The notes below the pieces were generated by a model. That model saw only the letters and a program-made list of their open reading frames with translations, was not told the origin of the DNA and ran no database searches. A program made the position numbers and the translations under genes. Of a stretch of DNA of 64,000 nucleotides, positions 28,899-37,774 are shown piece after piece (positions within the stretch are counted from its first letter, which is position 1; every line of letters starts with the position of its first letter). Origin of the DNA: Candidatus Latescibacterota bacterium (GTDB lineage: Bacteria > Latescibacterota > UBA2968 > UBA8231); the NCBI GenBank assembly GCA_965217585.1, contig OZ244561.1, forward strand, positions 320,001-384,000, written 5' to 3'.

Positions 28899-30385
28899 CG
28901 CCGCTGCTTTCCCTAGAGGATATCCACAAGCGCTTCCCCGGCGTCTATGCGCTCAAGGGCGTTGATTTCGAGGTACTGCCAGGGGAAGTCCACGCGCTGG
29001 TCGGCGAAAACGGCGCGGGCAAGAGCACCTTGATCAAAATTGCGGCCGGCGTGTATAGCCGCGACCAAGGCCGCTACCAGATCGCGGGCCGCCCTGTAGA
29101 TATCCGCCATCCGCGCCAAGCCTTAGACCACGGGCTGGCGGTCGTTTACCAAGAGTTAGAGTTAGTCCCTTCGCTGTCGGTGGCTGAGAATCTGTTCTTC
29201 GGCCGCCTGCCGCACGGACGCGGCGGGCGCGTCCAGTGGAACGCGCTCTACGCAGCGTCTGCAACGCTATTGGCCGAAGTCGGGCTAGCGGTCGATCCGC
29301 AGACCAAGGTCGGCCACCTCGGCGTAGCCGCGCAGCAATTGGTCGAGATCGCGCGGGCGCTGGCGTGCGACGCCCAGGTAATCGTCATGGACGAGCCAAC
29401 CTCGGCGCTGAGTACGCGCGAGATCGACAAGCTCTTTGCGCTCATCGCCCGGCTCAAGGCGCGAGGCGTGGGCGTGGTCTATGTATCGCACAAGCTCGCC
29501 GAGGTCATGGCGCTAGCCGACCGAGTGACGGTCTTGCGCGACGGAGAGCGCGTCGCCTGCGAGCAAGCCGCCGACCTCGACGAGGAGCGGCTTATCGCGC
29601 TGATGGTGGGGCGGGAGTTGGGCCAAGGGTTTCCCGCAGCCGATCGCACGCCGGGACCGAGTGCGCTGGAAGTGGAGGGGCTGACCACGGACCGGGTGCG
29701 GGATATTTCCTTCCGGGTGTGCGCTGGAGAAATCGTCGGGTTCTCCGGGCTGATGGGCGCGGGGCGGACGGAACTAGCGCGGGCCGTGATGGGTGTGGAT
29801 CGACGCCGTGCTGGGACTGTCACCCTCGGCGGGGTCGCCGTGCCAGCGAACGCACCGCCGAGGGCGCGTACCCTCGGATTGGGACTAGTACCAGAGGATC
29901 GCCGGGCCGACGGCCTGTTCGCCCAGCAAAGCGTGCGCGCAAACGCGAGCGTCGCGGCCTTAGAGCAGTTTTGCCGCGCTGGCCACGTGCAGGTAGGCAT
30001 GGAGCGGCAGCAAGTCGGCGCACTCGTCGCGCGCCTGCGCCTGCGTCCCCCCGACCAAGAGCAGACCATCGCGCGGCTCAGCGGCGGCAATCAGCAAAAG
30101 GCGCTGCTGGCCCGCTGGCTGCTCAAGGAAAACTTGCAGGTGCTGCTCGTCGATGAGCCGACCCGGGGAATCGATGTCGGTGCCAAGGCCGAGATCTATC
30201 AATTGCTGGACGAACTGGCGCGCCAAGGACTGGCAATCGTGGTCCTTTCGTCGGAAATGCCCGAAATTTTGGGGCTATGCGACCGAGTGTACGTGATGCG
30301 CGAGGGGCGGATTGCCGCCGAGTACGCACGGGCCGAGGCCACGCCGGAAAAACTCTTGGCCAGCGCCCTACCCGGTGGAAGCTAA
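28895..30385 (+). CDS. Monosaccharide ABC transporter ATP-binding protein (RbsA-like, two NBDs)
   Basis: GENGAGKST, MDEPT, LSGGNQQK, DEPTRGIDVGAK. Confidence 0.95.
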   Translation: MTPLLSLEDIHKRFPGVYALKGVDFEVLPGEVHALVGENGAGKSTLIKIAAGVYSRDQGRYQIAGRPVDIRHPRQALDHGLAVVYQELELVPSLSVAENLFFGRLPHGRGGRVQWNALYAASATLLAEVGLAVDPQTKVGHLGVAAQQLVEIARALACDAQVIVMDEPTSALSTREIDKLFALIARLKARGVGVVYVSHKLAEVMALADRVTVLRDGERVACEQAADLDEERLIALMVGRELGQGFPAADRTPGPSALEVEGLTTDRVRDISFRVCAGEIVGFSGLMGAGRTELARAVMGVDRRRAGTVTLGGVAVPANAPPRARTLGLGLVPEDRRADGLFAQQSVRANASVAALEQFCRAGHVQVGMERQQVGALVARLRLRPPDQEQTIARLSGGNQQKALLARWLLKENLQVLLVDEPTRGIDVGAKAEIYQLLDELARQGLAIVVLSSEMPEILGLCDRVYVMREGRIAAEYARAEATPEKLLASALPGGS

Positions 30386-30415
30386 AGCCATTCATCCCCA
30401 TCAAAGAGGTGCAAC

Positions 30416-31444
30416 GTGAAAATCCTAATCACCGGCGGCACCGGCCGCGTCGGAGCCAATTTGGCGCAAGCCCTGCTCGACAAAGGGCACGACATCCGCT
30501 CGTTTGTCTATCCCGGCGACCAAAGTCGCGCCCACAAGCTCGACGGCTTTGACCGCGTCGAAACCATCGAAGGCGATCTGCGCAATCTCGCCGACGTGCG
30601 CCGCGCCGTCGAAGGAGTCGATGCAGTGTACCACATTGCCGCGGCCTTTGGCGGCCCCTTCGATAACCGCGAATACCTCGAAATCAACGGCATGGGCACC
30701 ATCAACGTGCTAGAGTCCATCCGCGAGTTGACACCTAATCTGCACCGCTTGGTCTATGCTTCCACTGAGGCGATCTACTGGGACAATCCCTACAACGGCC
30801 GCTGCTTTGAAGAGCCAATCCGCGAAGATCAGGTCGCCCGCTACCAGACGATGCCCTATTTCCTCACCAAGTGGATCGGCGAGGAACTGGTAATGAGCTA
30901 TCACCGCCAGTACGGGTTGCCGTCGGTGACCACGCGCTTTGCCACGATTATTGAGCCGGGGGAATTCCTCGACGAAAATGGCTTGCCGCACCTGTTTTTG
31001 TTCGGGCCGGTTTACGAGCAGTTCAAGGACCGAGAGGGAGCCGAGGAAATCAAGGCGCTGTGGACGGGCGAAGAGCAGTTCTTGCTATCGCGGAATCCAG
31101 ACGGACGGCCCTTTCGGCAGGTGTATGCTGACGTGCGCGACATCGTCCAAGGGCTGGTGCTAGCGCTGGAGCGGGACGAGGCCGTGGGCGAGGTGTTCAA
31201 TCTGGGCGGGGCCGCGCTGTTCGATTGGAGCGAAGCCGTGCCCTATCTAGCCGAGCGCTTCGGCTTGGGGTTCGTCGATGCACGGCGACCGGATTGGAAC
31301 TACTTCGAGCTGGATTTGACGAACATCAAGGAAAAATTGGGGTTTGAACCCAAGCACGACTTGGCGAGCATACTCGATGCGGCTGAGGCCATGCGGCGCG
31401 GCGAGGACGTGGGAATCATTCCGACAGGGGTGCGCTTTGGGTAG
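30416..31444 (+). CDS. NAD-dependent epimerase/dehydratase
   Basis: ITGGTGRVG, YFLTK catalytic motif. Confidence 0.88.
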   Translation: MKILITGGTGRVGANLAQALLDKGHDIRSFVYPGDQSRAHKLDGFDRVETIEGDLRNLADVRRAVEGVDAVYHIAAAFGGPFDNREYLEINGMGTINVLESIRELTPNLHRLVYASTEAIYWDNPYNGRCFEEPIREDQVARYQTMPYFLTKWIGEELVMSYHRQYGLPSVTTRFATIIEPGEFLDENGLPHLFLFGPVYEQFKDREGAEEIKALWTGEEQFLLSRNPDGRPFRQVYADVRDIVQGLVLALERDEAVGEVFNLGGAALFDWSEAVPYLAERFGLGFVDARRPDWNYFELDLTNIKEKLGFEPKHDLASILDAAEAMRRGEDVGIIPTGVRFG

Positions 31445-31483
31445 GCGTAGTGGTGCGCCAGAATTTCCCATTGTGAGGAGAAC

Positions 31484-33118
31484 ATGATCGAAGGACACCA
31501 AGTACTAGCCGACGGCGGCGCGGTGGCCGCCCAACAGCCAGCGGCGGCGCGCATTGGCGCGCAGATATTGTCCCAAGGCGGCAACGCCATGGATGCGGCC
31601 GCAGCCACCAGTTTGGCCTGCTGCATGTTGGCACCCCAATCCAACGGCATCGGCGGCTACATGTCAGCGGCGGTCGTTTTGGAAGGTTCCACCGGCCGCG
31701 TCTGGTCGCTCGACGCCAATGCCGTAGCCCCGACCGCCGCCCACGAGTACATGTACGATATTCTACCAGCCCGCCGCGACAACAAGGACCTCAACGAAAA
31801 GGAATACGCCTGTAGCGTGCGCGACGATGCCAACGTGTATGGCCCCCAGTCCGTAGCCGTCCCCGGCCAAATGGCTGGCATGGGCTTTTTGCACGAGCAC
31901 TGGGGACAGTTGCCTTGGGCCGCGATTGTCGCTCCGGCCCAAGGGCTGCTCGCCGACGGCTTCCCCTACGGCCCGGCCCTAGCCAGTACCATTCGCAACC
32001 AAGCAGCCATCCTGCGCCGCTTCCCCGCGACGTTTAGCCACCTCGCGCCGCAAGGCGAGTTGCCCAGCCCCGACGACATTTGGCATCGCCCCGATATGGA
32101 GCGCACATTGGAACGTTTGGCCCAAGCTGGCTGGCGCGACTTTTACGGCGGGGAATTGGGCCGCACCATCGGCGACTATGTCCAAGCCAGCGACGGTGCT
32201 CTCACCCGCCGGGATATGGCCGACTTTGCGCCGCGCCTGACCGAGCCGTACCAAATCACCTACCGCGACGTGCCGGTATACGGGCCGATTTTGCCCAACG
32301 GCTGCCTCTCCGCCCTCCAGATTCTGCACATGCTGGAATGCCTGCCCGCGGTGCCCGACGACCAGGCCCTGTACTGGCACCAGCTAGCCGAGGTCGTCAA
32401 ACAAGCCTGGCGCGACCGCCTGCGCTACGTCGGCGATCCCGATTTCGTCGATGTACCGGTGGAGCGCTTGCTGAGCAAGGACTATGCAGCCGGTCGCGTC
32501 GAGGCCCTGCGGCAATTCCCCGAGCAGGTCAATCAGCAGGTGTACGAAGTCTCGGGTCCGGCCGTCGCCGAAACCCTGCACGTATCAGCCGCAGATGCCG
32601 CGGGCAATCTCGTCGGCATCACCATCACCCAAGGCGGGGCCTTTGGCTCCTGTCTCACTGTGCCGGGCACGGGCATTATTTTAGGCCACGGCATGTGCCG
32701 TTTGGACCCCCGCCCTGGCCGGGCCAATTCCGTGGCCGCGCACAAGCGTCCGCTCAACAACGTGGTCCCCATGATCTTACGCCTGCCCCAGCGCGACGTG
32801 GCTATCGGCCTACCCGGAGGTCGCCGCATCATCAGCGTCGGTGCCCAACTGGCACAGCGCATTATCGACTTCAACGCCACCGCCTTGGGAGCAGCCACAG
32901 CCCCCCGGCTCAACGCCGAAGCCCAAGAACCCCTCGAACTGAAGCGCGGCATTGACCCGGCGATTGTGCAAACCCTAAAAGAAATGGGCCACCGGGTGCA
33001 GGTAAGAGAAGGGGTGGCCGGCGGTGCTCACGGTGCGGAGGTACTCAAAAGCGAGGGCAAAGTACGCGCCGGGGGCAATGGATGGGCCGCGGGCGTGGAT
33101 TTTGTAGAGGGCCGGTGA
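31484..33118 (+). CDS. Gamma-glutamyltransferase family protein
   Basis: GGNAMDAA, VAVPG, GDPDF, ETLHVSAAD (Thr nucleophile), KRPLNN, PGGRRI. Confidence 0.9.
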   Translation: MIEGHQVLADGGAVAAQQPAAARIGAQILSQGGNAMDAAAATSLACCMLAPQSNGIGGYMSAAVVLEGSTGRVWSLDANAVAPTAAHEYMYDILPARRDNKDLNEKEYACSVRDDANVYGPQSVAVPGQMAGMGFLHEHWGQLPWAAIVAPAQGLLADGFPYGPALASTIRNQAAILRRFPATFSHLAPQGELPSPDDIWHRPDMERTLERLAQAGWRDFYGGELGRTIGDYVQASDGALTRRDMADFAPRLTEPYQITYRDVPVYGPILPNGCLSALQILHMLECLPAVPDDQALYWHQLAEVVKQAWRDRLRYVGDPDFVDVPVERLLSKDYAAGRVEALRQFPEQVNQQVYEVSGPAVAETLHVSAADAAGNLVGITITQGGAFGSCLTVPGTGIILGHGMCRLDPRPGRANSVAAHKRPLNNVVPMILRLPQRDVAIGLPGGRRIISVGAQLAQRIIDFNATALGAATAPRLNAEAQEPLELKRGIDPAIVQTLKEMGHRVQVREGVAGGAHGAEVLKSEGKVRAGGNGWAAGVDFVEGR

Positions 33119-33198
33119 CGACGTCCTAGAGTAGTGCGTCCAGAAATTCGCCCGCGTGTAGCGCCCAGCGGCGCATCTCAATACAAAGGAGAGCAGCC

Positions 33199-34407
33199 AT
33201 GGCAATATCCCGCGCAACGATTGCCGAACGCATCGGCAAGGTGCAGCAGTTCATAGAAGAAGAGGACCTCGGGGCGCTGTTCGTCTACTCGCCGGCGATG
33301 GAGCACATGTGGGGGCAGACAGGCCACGTCGCCTACCTGTCGGGGTGGGCGGACTGCGACCGCATCGTCGACTCGGCCGTCGTCGTCCCGCGAGTGGGTG
33401 AGGCGGCGCTGATGTTCGCCGGCCTGCCCTACATGCGCGACCTCGCCCTCGAGGTGTCGCCCCTCGACGACATGCGCCTAGTCACCGCGGTCGATCCCAA
33501 CGCCGTGGCGGTCGACGCGAGCAAGCCGGGAGCCCCGGGGAGCTTTGCCTCCGAAACCCTGGCGATCCTCGACGAGAGCGGCTTCGGAGACAGACAGGTC
33601 GGCGTCGTCGGCATCGACAACATGCCGCAGCCGCTTCACCAGACCCTGGTCCGGGGTCTCGGCGCAAAGTTCGTCGCGCCCCGGGACATCGTCGCCGAGC
33701 TGCGCTACGCCAAGACCCCCGACGAGGTCGAGATGATGCGCAAGGCCGCGGCGCTCAGCGACCTCGGCTTTGAGACGCTCGTGCAGACCGCCCGCCCCGG
33801 TATGCGCGGCATCGAGGTCGTCGCCGAAATGGAGCGCGTCATCCGCCGGCAGGGGGCCGATGTCGCCAAGTACTGGATCGCCTCCGGCCCGGCACCGGAC
33901 TGGTCGGACGTCAAGCTCGAGGTCAAGCCCCACATGCGAGTGCTGGAAGCCGGCGACCTGATGGCCGCCTGTTCCTACGTCGTCTACAAAGGGTACTGGT
34001 GCCACGGCCAGCGCACCGGCTCCCTCGGCGAGCCGTGCGCCGAGCTCGAACGCATCTGCGCGCTGACGCGGGAGGCCCAGGACGCCGGCCTCGCGGTGAT
34101 GAAGCCGGGCGCTCCCGTGGGCAGCGTCGCCAAGGCGGTGCGGGAGAAGGCTGCCGAGGGCGGCTGGGAGATCCAGGGGGGCCGCATCGGCCACGGCATG
34201 GGGCTGGACTACAGCGAGAGCCCGGTACTGAACGAAAGCAACGAGACCCCACTCCAGGCCGGCACCACCGCGGTCGTCCACTCGACCTTCTCGCTGCCCA
34301 GGTCCGGGAAGATGTTCGTCCCCCTCGGCGACGTCTGCCACGTGACCGAAAGCGGCCCCGAGTTCCTGATGTCGTTTCAGCGCGAGCCGTTCGTCACCGG
34401 CGGGTAA
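33199..34407 (+). CDS. M24/creatinase-fold hydrolase
   Basis: LRYAKTPDEVEMMRKAA, KGYW...RT, GHGMGLD; canonical acidic metal ligands appear replaced. Confidence 0.8.
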   Translation: MAISRATIAERIGKVQQFIEEEDLGALFVYSPAMEHMWGQTGHVAYLSGWADCDRIVDSAVVVPRVGEAALMFAGLPYMRDLALEVSPLDDMRLVTAVDPNAVAVDASKPGAPGSFASETLAILDESGFGDRQVGVVGIDNMPQPLHQTLVRGLGAKFVAPRDIVAELRYAKTPDEVEMMRKAAALSDLGFETLVQTARPGMRGIEVVAEMERVIRRQGADVAKYWIASGPAPDWSDVKLEVKPHMRVLEAGDLMAACSYVVYKGYWCHGQRTGSLGEPCAELERICALTREAQDAGLAVMKPGAPVGSVAKAVREKAAEGGWEIQGGRIGHGMGLDYSESPVLNESNETPLQAGTTAVVHSTFSLPRSGKMFVPLGDVCHVTESGPEFLMSFQREPFVTGG

Positions 34408-34424
34408 GAGGGAGCGAGTTCTTA

Positions 34425-34468
34425 GGGTGAAAATCACCCTTGACGTGGGTGATTTTCACCCATATCGT
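34425..34468 (+). promoter_or_regulatory. Promoter overlapped by a perfect 15-bp inverted repeat (putative operator)
   Basis: GGGTGAAAATCACCC-ttgacgt-GGGTGATTTTCACCC; -35 TTGACG (34440), 17 bp, -10 TATCGT (34463), ATG at 34475. Confidence 0.7.
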
Positions 34469-34474
34469 GGGTAT

Positions 34475-35704
34475 ATGAACACGAATCGACTGCTGCCTCG
34501 ATTTGCTTCCGCGAGCGTGGAGCGGGCGCTGAGGGTTATGCCTGTGACGGTTCTCACTGGCGCACGCCAGACCGGTAAGAGCACCCTCGCCCGGATGCAT
34601 CCCATCGGGGCAGATCGATCTTACTTCACCTTGGACGACTACGGCGTCCTCGAGCAGGCCCAACGCGAACCGGATGCTCTTGCCGCTCGGGCCGTGCAGA
34701 TCACGCTTGATGAGATACAGCGGGTGCCGCATGTGCTGCTCGCCATCAAGCGCCTCGTTGACGAAAATCGAGTTGCTGGTCGTTTCCTCCTGACTGGGTC
34801 GGCGAATCTGCTGCTTATGAAGGAGGTGGGCGAAACGCTCGCTGGCCGTGCTAGTTACTTGACGCTCTGGCCCATGACCCGTCGCGAGCAACGCGGGTTG
34901 GCTAGGCCCGGTCTGTGGACAGAGCTTGTAGATGCGCTCCCTACTGCATGGCGGGATGTGCTGCTCGCGGAGCCAGCCGCAGCAGAGCCGTGGGTGGCCC
35001 TTGCTCAACGCGGAGGTTATCCCGTCCCGGCCCATGAGTTGATGGACGATGACGACCGGCGGCTCTGGTTTGAAGGCTACGCGGCTACCTACTTGGAGCG
35101 GGATATCCCGCGTCTATCCGCCATCGGGGGCATCACGGACCTGCGGAGGTTGATAACGGCAGCCTGTCTGCGCGTTGGGGGGCTATTAAACCAAGCAGAC
35201 CTAGCCCGGGACGTGCATCTTGCCCCCTCCACAGTGCAGCGGTATCTCAACTTGCTAGAGGTGTCGTTCCAGCTAGTGCGACTGCCAGCCTATTCTGTCA
35301 ACAGGACGAAACGGCTGGTCAAGTCATCCAAACTCTACTGGAGCGATACCGGGTTGGCTTTGCACTTAGCGGGCGAGGCACATCCCCGCGGCGCGCACCT
35401 AGAGAACATAGTGCTCTGTGACCTACTGGCTTGGGCGACTACTCGCGTCGAAAAAACGGAGATTCTCTTTTGGCGGACTACCAAGGGTGCCGAGGTCGAT
35501 TTCGTCATCGAAACGGGCCGACGTCTGCTGCCCGTGGAGGTAAAGGCCGCCGCGAGCGTCCATCCTGGGGACGTGCGGCATGTGCATACGTTCCTAGATG
35601 AGTACTCTGATATGGCGCAGTGTGGGATCGTTCTCTACGATGGCGAAGAGACGTTCTGGCTCACCGACCGCGTACTCGCTGCACCGTGGTGGCGTGTGGT
35701 CTGA
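34475..35704 (+). CDS. AAA_14 ATPase + DUF4143 (HTH and restriction-endonuclease-like C-terminus)
   Basis: GARQTGKS, LDEIQR, LTGSA, GGYP, KLYWSDTG, EVDFVIE...PVEVK. Confidence 0.9.
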   Translation: MNTNRLLPRFASASVERALRVMPVTVLTGARQTGKSTLARMHPIGADRSYFTLDDYGVLEQAQREPDALAARAVQITLDEIQRVPHVLLAIKRLVDENRVAGRFLLTGSANLLLMKEVGETLAGRASYLTLWPMTRREQRGLARPGLWTELVDALPTAWRDVLLAEPAAAEPWVALAQRGGYPVPAHELMDDDDRRLWFEGYAATYLERDIPRLSAIGGITDLRRLITAACLRVGGLLNQADLARDVHLAPSTVQRYLNLLEVSFQLVRLPAYSVNRTKRLVKSSKLYWSDTGLALHLAGEAHPRGAHLENIVLCDLLAWATTRVEKTEILFWRTTKGAEVDFVIETGRRLLPVEVKAAASVHPGDVRHVHTFLDEYSDMAQCGIVLYDGEETFWLTDRVLAAPWWRVV

Positions 35705-35710
35705 AGCTCC

Positions 35711-35826
35711 TATAGCAGTCCTGAATGACTTAAACGATTCGATCTGTGGATCGTCTTGTTTCTACTATTCTGCGTCTGTCTGCGTCCATCTGCGGATCAC
35801 CTTGTGAATGATTTAGGATTGCTATA
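35711..35826. mobile_element. MITE-like element, 116 bp
   Basis: Terminal IRs tatagcagtcctgaatga / reverse complement tatagcaatcctaaatca (15/18), TA at both ends, internal (tctgcg) repeats, no transposase. Confidence 0.7.
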
Positions 35827-35849
35827 TCTAAATACGACGGAGAACAAGA

Positions 35850-36980
35850 ATGAAAATTACGGATCTGCAGGTGATGAGGATGGGGTCGGATGGTGGGAAT
35901 AATTGGACGTTTGTGAAAATTGAGACAGACGCCGGTATTCACGGGTGGGGCGAGGCCAGTTTGCAGTTTAAAGATGACGGATTGATCGGCGAGTTTGCGG
36001 CGTTCAAGCGCTTTCTGCTAGGCAAAAATCCGTTTGAGATCGAGCGGATCTGGACTTCGCTGTATCGGCGCGTGACGTGGTCGGGTGGACCGGTAACGAC
36101 GAGTGCGATCAGTGCTATTGATCTAGCATTGTGGGACATTAAAGGCAAAGCACTGGGCGTCCCCGTGTATGAATTGTTGGGTGGAAAATCGCACGACAAA
36201 ATTCGCATGTACGCCAATGGCTGGCCGAGAAAAGACAACACACCTGCAGGGATTGCCGAGGGCGTAAAACGGGTGGTAGATCAAGGCTATGAGGCGTTGA
36301 AGTTCTACCCTTTTAACGGCGTACAGGTGGCAAAGATCGATCGGATTCAGCACGGGGTCGCCTTGGTGGAAGCGGCGCGCGAAGCGGCAGGGTCGCAAAT
36401 TGAAATAGGAATTGACATTCGCGCACGACTAAATATATGGAGCGCACGACGAGTGGCGCAGGAATTGGAGCCCTATAACATTGCGTGGATGGAAGAGCCG
36501 ATTTTGTGGGATAATCCAGAAGCGCTAGCGCAATTTGCCCACGAAGTAAATGTGCCCATTGCGACGGGTGAGCAGTTGTACACTCGCTGGGATTTTCGCG
36601 CGCTGTTGGAGTTGAATGCGGTCGGGATCATTCAGCCGGATATTTGTCATGCAGGCGGCATCACTGAACTGAAGAAAATTGCCGCCATGGCTGAAACGTA
36701 TTACGTGACGGTCGCTCCGCACAATTCCAATGGGCCGATTTCAACAATCGCCAGCTTGCATTTGGATCTGTGCATTCACAACAGTTTGATGCAGGAAATT
36801 TTTGTGTCGTCTATTGATCTGTATAACGAGGTACTTACGCAGCCTATTGAAGTAATCGATGGGCACTGTGTGCCACCTGCAGGACCGGGTTGGGGCGTAG
36901 AGTTGCGCGAGGATGTTATAGAACAACATCCGCCGAAGTCGTTTACGCCTGTTGAATCTGAACCGTATGTGGAATTTTAA
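35850..36980 (+). CDS. Mandelate racemase/enolase superfamily sugar-acid dehydratase (DgoD-like)
   Basis: GWGE, AIDLALWDIKGKALGVPVYELLGG, KFYP, WMEEP, ATGE, IIQPD, APHN. Confidence 0.92.
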   Translation: MKITDLQVMRMGSDGGNNWTFVKIETDAGIHGWGEASLQFKDDGLIGEFAAFKRFLLGKNPFEIERIWTSLYRRVTWSGGPVTTSAISAIDLALWDIKGKALGVPVYELLGGKSHDKIRMYANGWPRKDNTPAGIAEGVKRVVDQGYEALKFYPFNGVQVAKIDRIQHGVALVEAAREAAGSQIEIGIDIRARLNIWSARRVAQELEPYNIAWMEEPILWDNPEALAQFAHEVNVPIATGEQLYTRWDFRALLELNAVGIIQPDICHAGGITELKKIAAMAETYYVTVAPHNSNGPISTIASLHLDLCIHNSLMQEIFVSSIDLYNEVLTQPIEVIDGHCVPPAGPGWGVELREDVIEQHPPKSFTPVESEPYVEF

Positions 36981-36996
36981 GACGCGGGCGTTCTGT

Positions 36997-37026
36997 GAGG
37001 ATTTGGGGATTATACCGACGGGGTGA
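36997..37026 (+). pseudogene. Diverged copy of the 3' end of the epimerase gene 30416..31444
   Basis: EDLGIIPTG* versus EDVGIIPTGVRFG* (31403..31429); 21/27 nt, 5 of 6 mismatches at third codon positions. Confidence 0.7.
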
Positions 37027-37065
37027 TTCGAGAAAGCGTAGGAAAAATCGACAAAAAGCTAACGG

Positions 37066-37102
37066 CCGGCCTCCGCGTCGTCACACCTGACGCGGAGGCC
37101 GG
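37066..37102. terminator. Hairpin between convergent genes, probable bidirectional terminator
   Basis: ccggcctccgcgtc-9 nt-gacgcggaggccgg, perfect 14-bp stem with T-rich sequence nearby on both strands. Confidence 0.75.
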
Positions 37103-37109
37103 TTTATTG

Positions 37110-37565
37110 TTACAGTGAATCGCGCTTGAATTGCACGTACGCGGGCTGCTCGGTAGCCACCGCCATATCGGTGGCTTGGCCAAAAGCATCCATGATTTCT
37201 TCGTAATCCGAGCCATAGGGCACAGTGACAACCGACGCGGAATCCACAGCCGCCGAGGACATGTCGTCAGCAGCACACGTCACTATTACCGTCATGGGCG
37301 TGTATATCCCACCGGTAAGCACATTCACCAGTCCGTTCAAAAAGCTCTGCTGCGTCTCAACCCTAGCTACGCCATTTTCACACTCGCTTTGCGCTTCGAC
37401 CACCGAGGGCGGCACGAGGCCATATATCCAGCTATGCTTCCACATCTCCACCGTCTTAGGCCCCGGGGCAAGCCCAGTATCAATGGTCGCGTGATAACAT
37501 CCGGCCAAAAGAAACAGGCTAAAAAAGACTACTATGAGAAAACTCCCCTGCAAACGCTTGATCAT
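37110..37565 (-). CDS. Bor/Iss-like lipoprotein
   Basis: Lipobox LAGC, WIYGLVP, C..GVARVETQQSFLNGLV..LTGGIYTP...VTC. Confidence 0.8.
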   Translation of the reverse strand: MIKRLQGSFLIVVFFSLFLLAGCYHATIDTGLAPGPKTVEMWKHSWIYGLVPPSVVEAQSECENGVARVETQQSFLNGLVNVLTGGIYTPMTVIVTCAADDMSSAAVDSASVVTVPYGSDYEEIMDAFGQATDMAVATEQPAYVQFKRDSL

Positions 37566-37774
37566 TTTAACCCCCTTGGGTTGACGAAAAATTACCGGCC
37601 CCTAGGCCGCGAATGGGATAGGATAGGCAAAGTGCCAAGGCTATTCAAGTAGGGGGCCTATGTGGTTGTCCCCTGTTTGGACAGGTATAGGGACGGACTT
37701 TTATCGGGCGGCCCCTCGTAGTTGATCTGGACGCCCGCGCCGGTTGATTTCCTCACGCCCTGCTTGGCCAGTCC

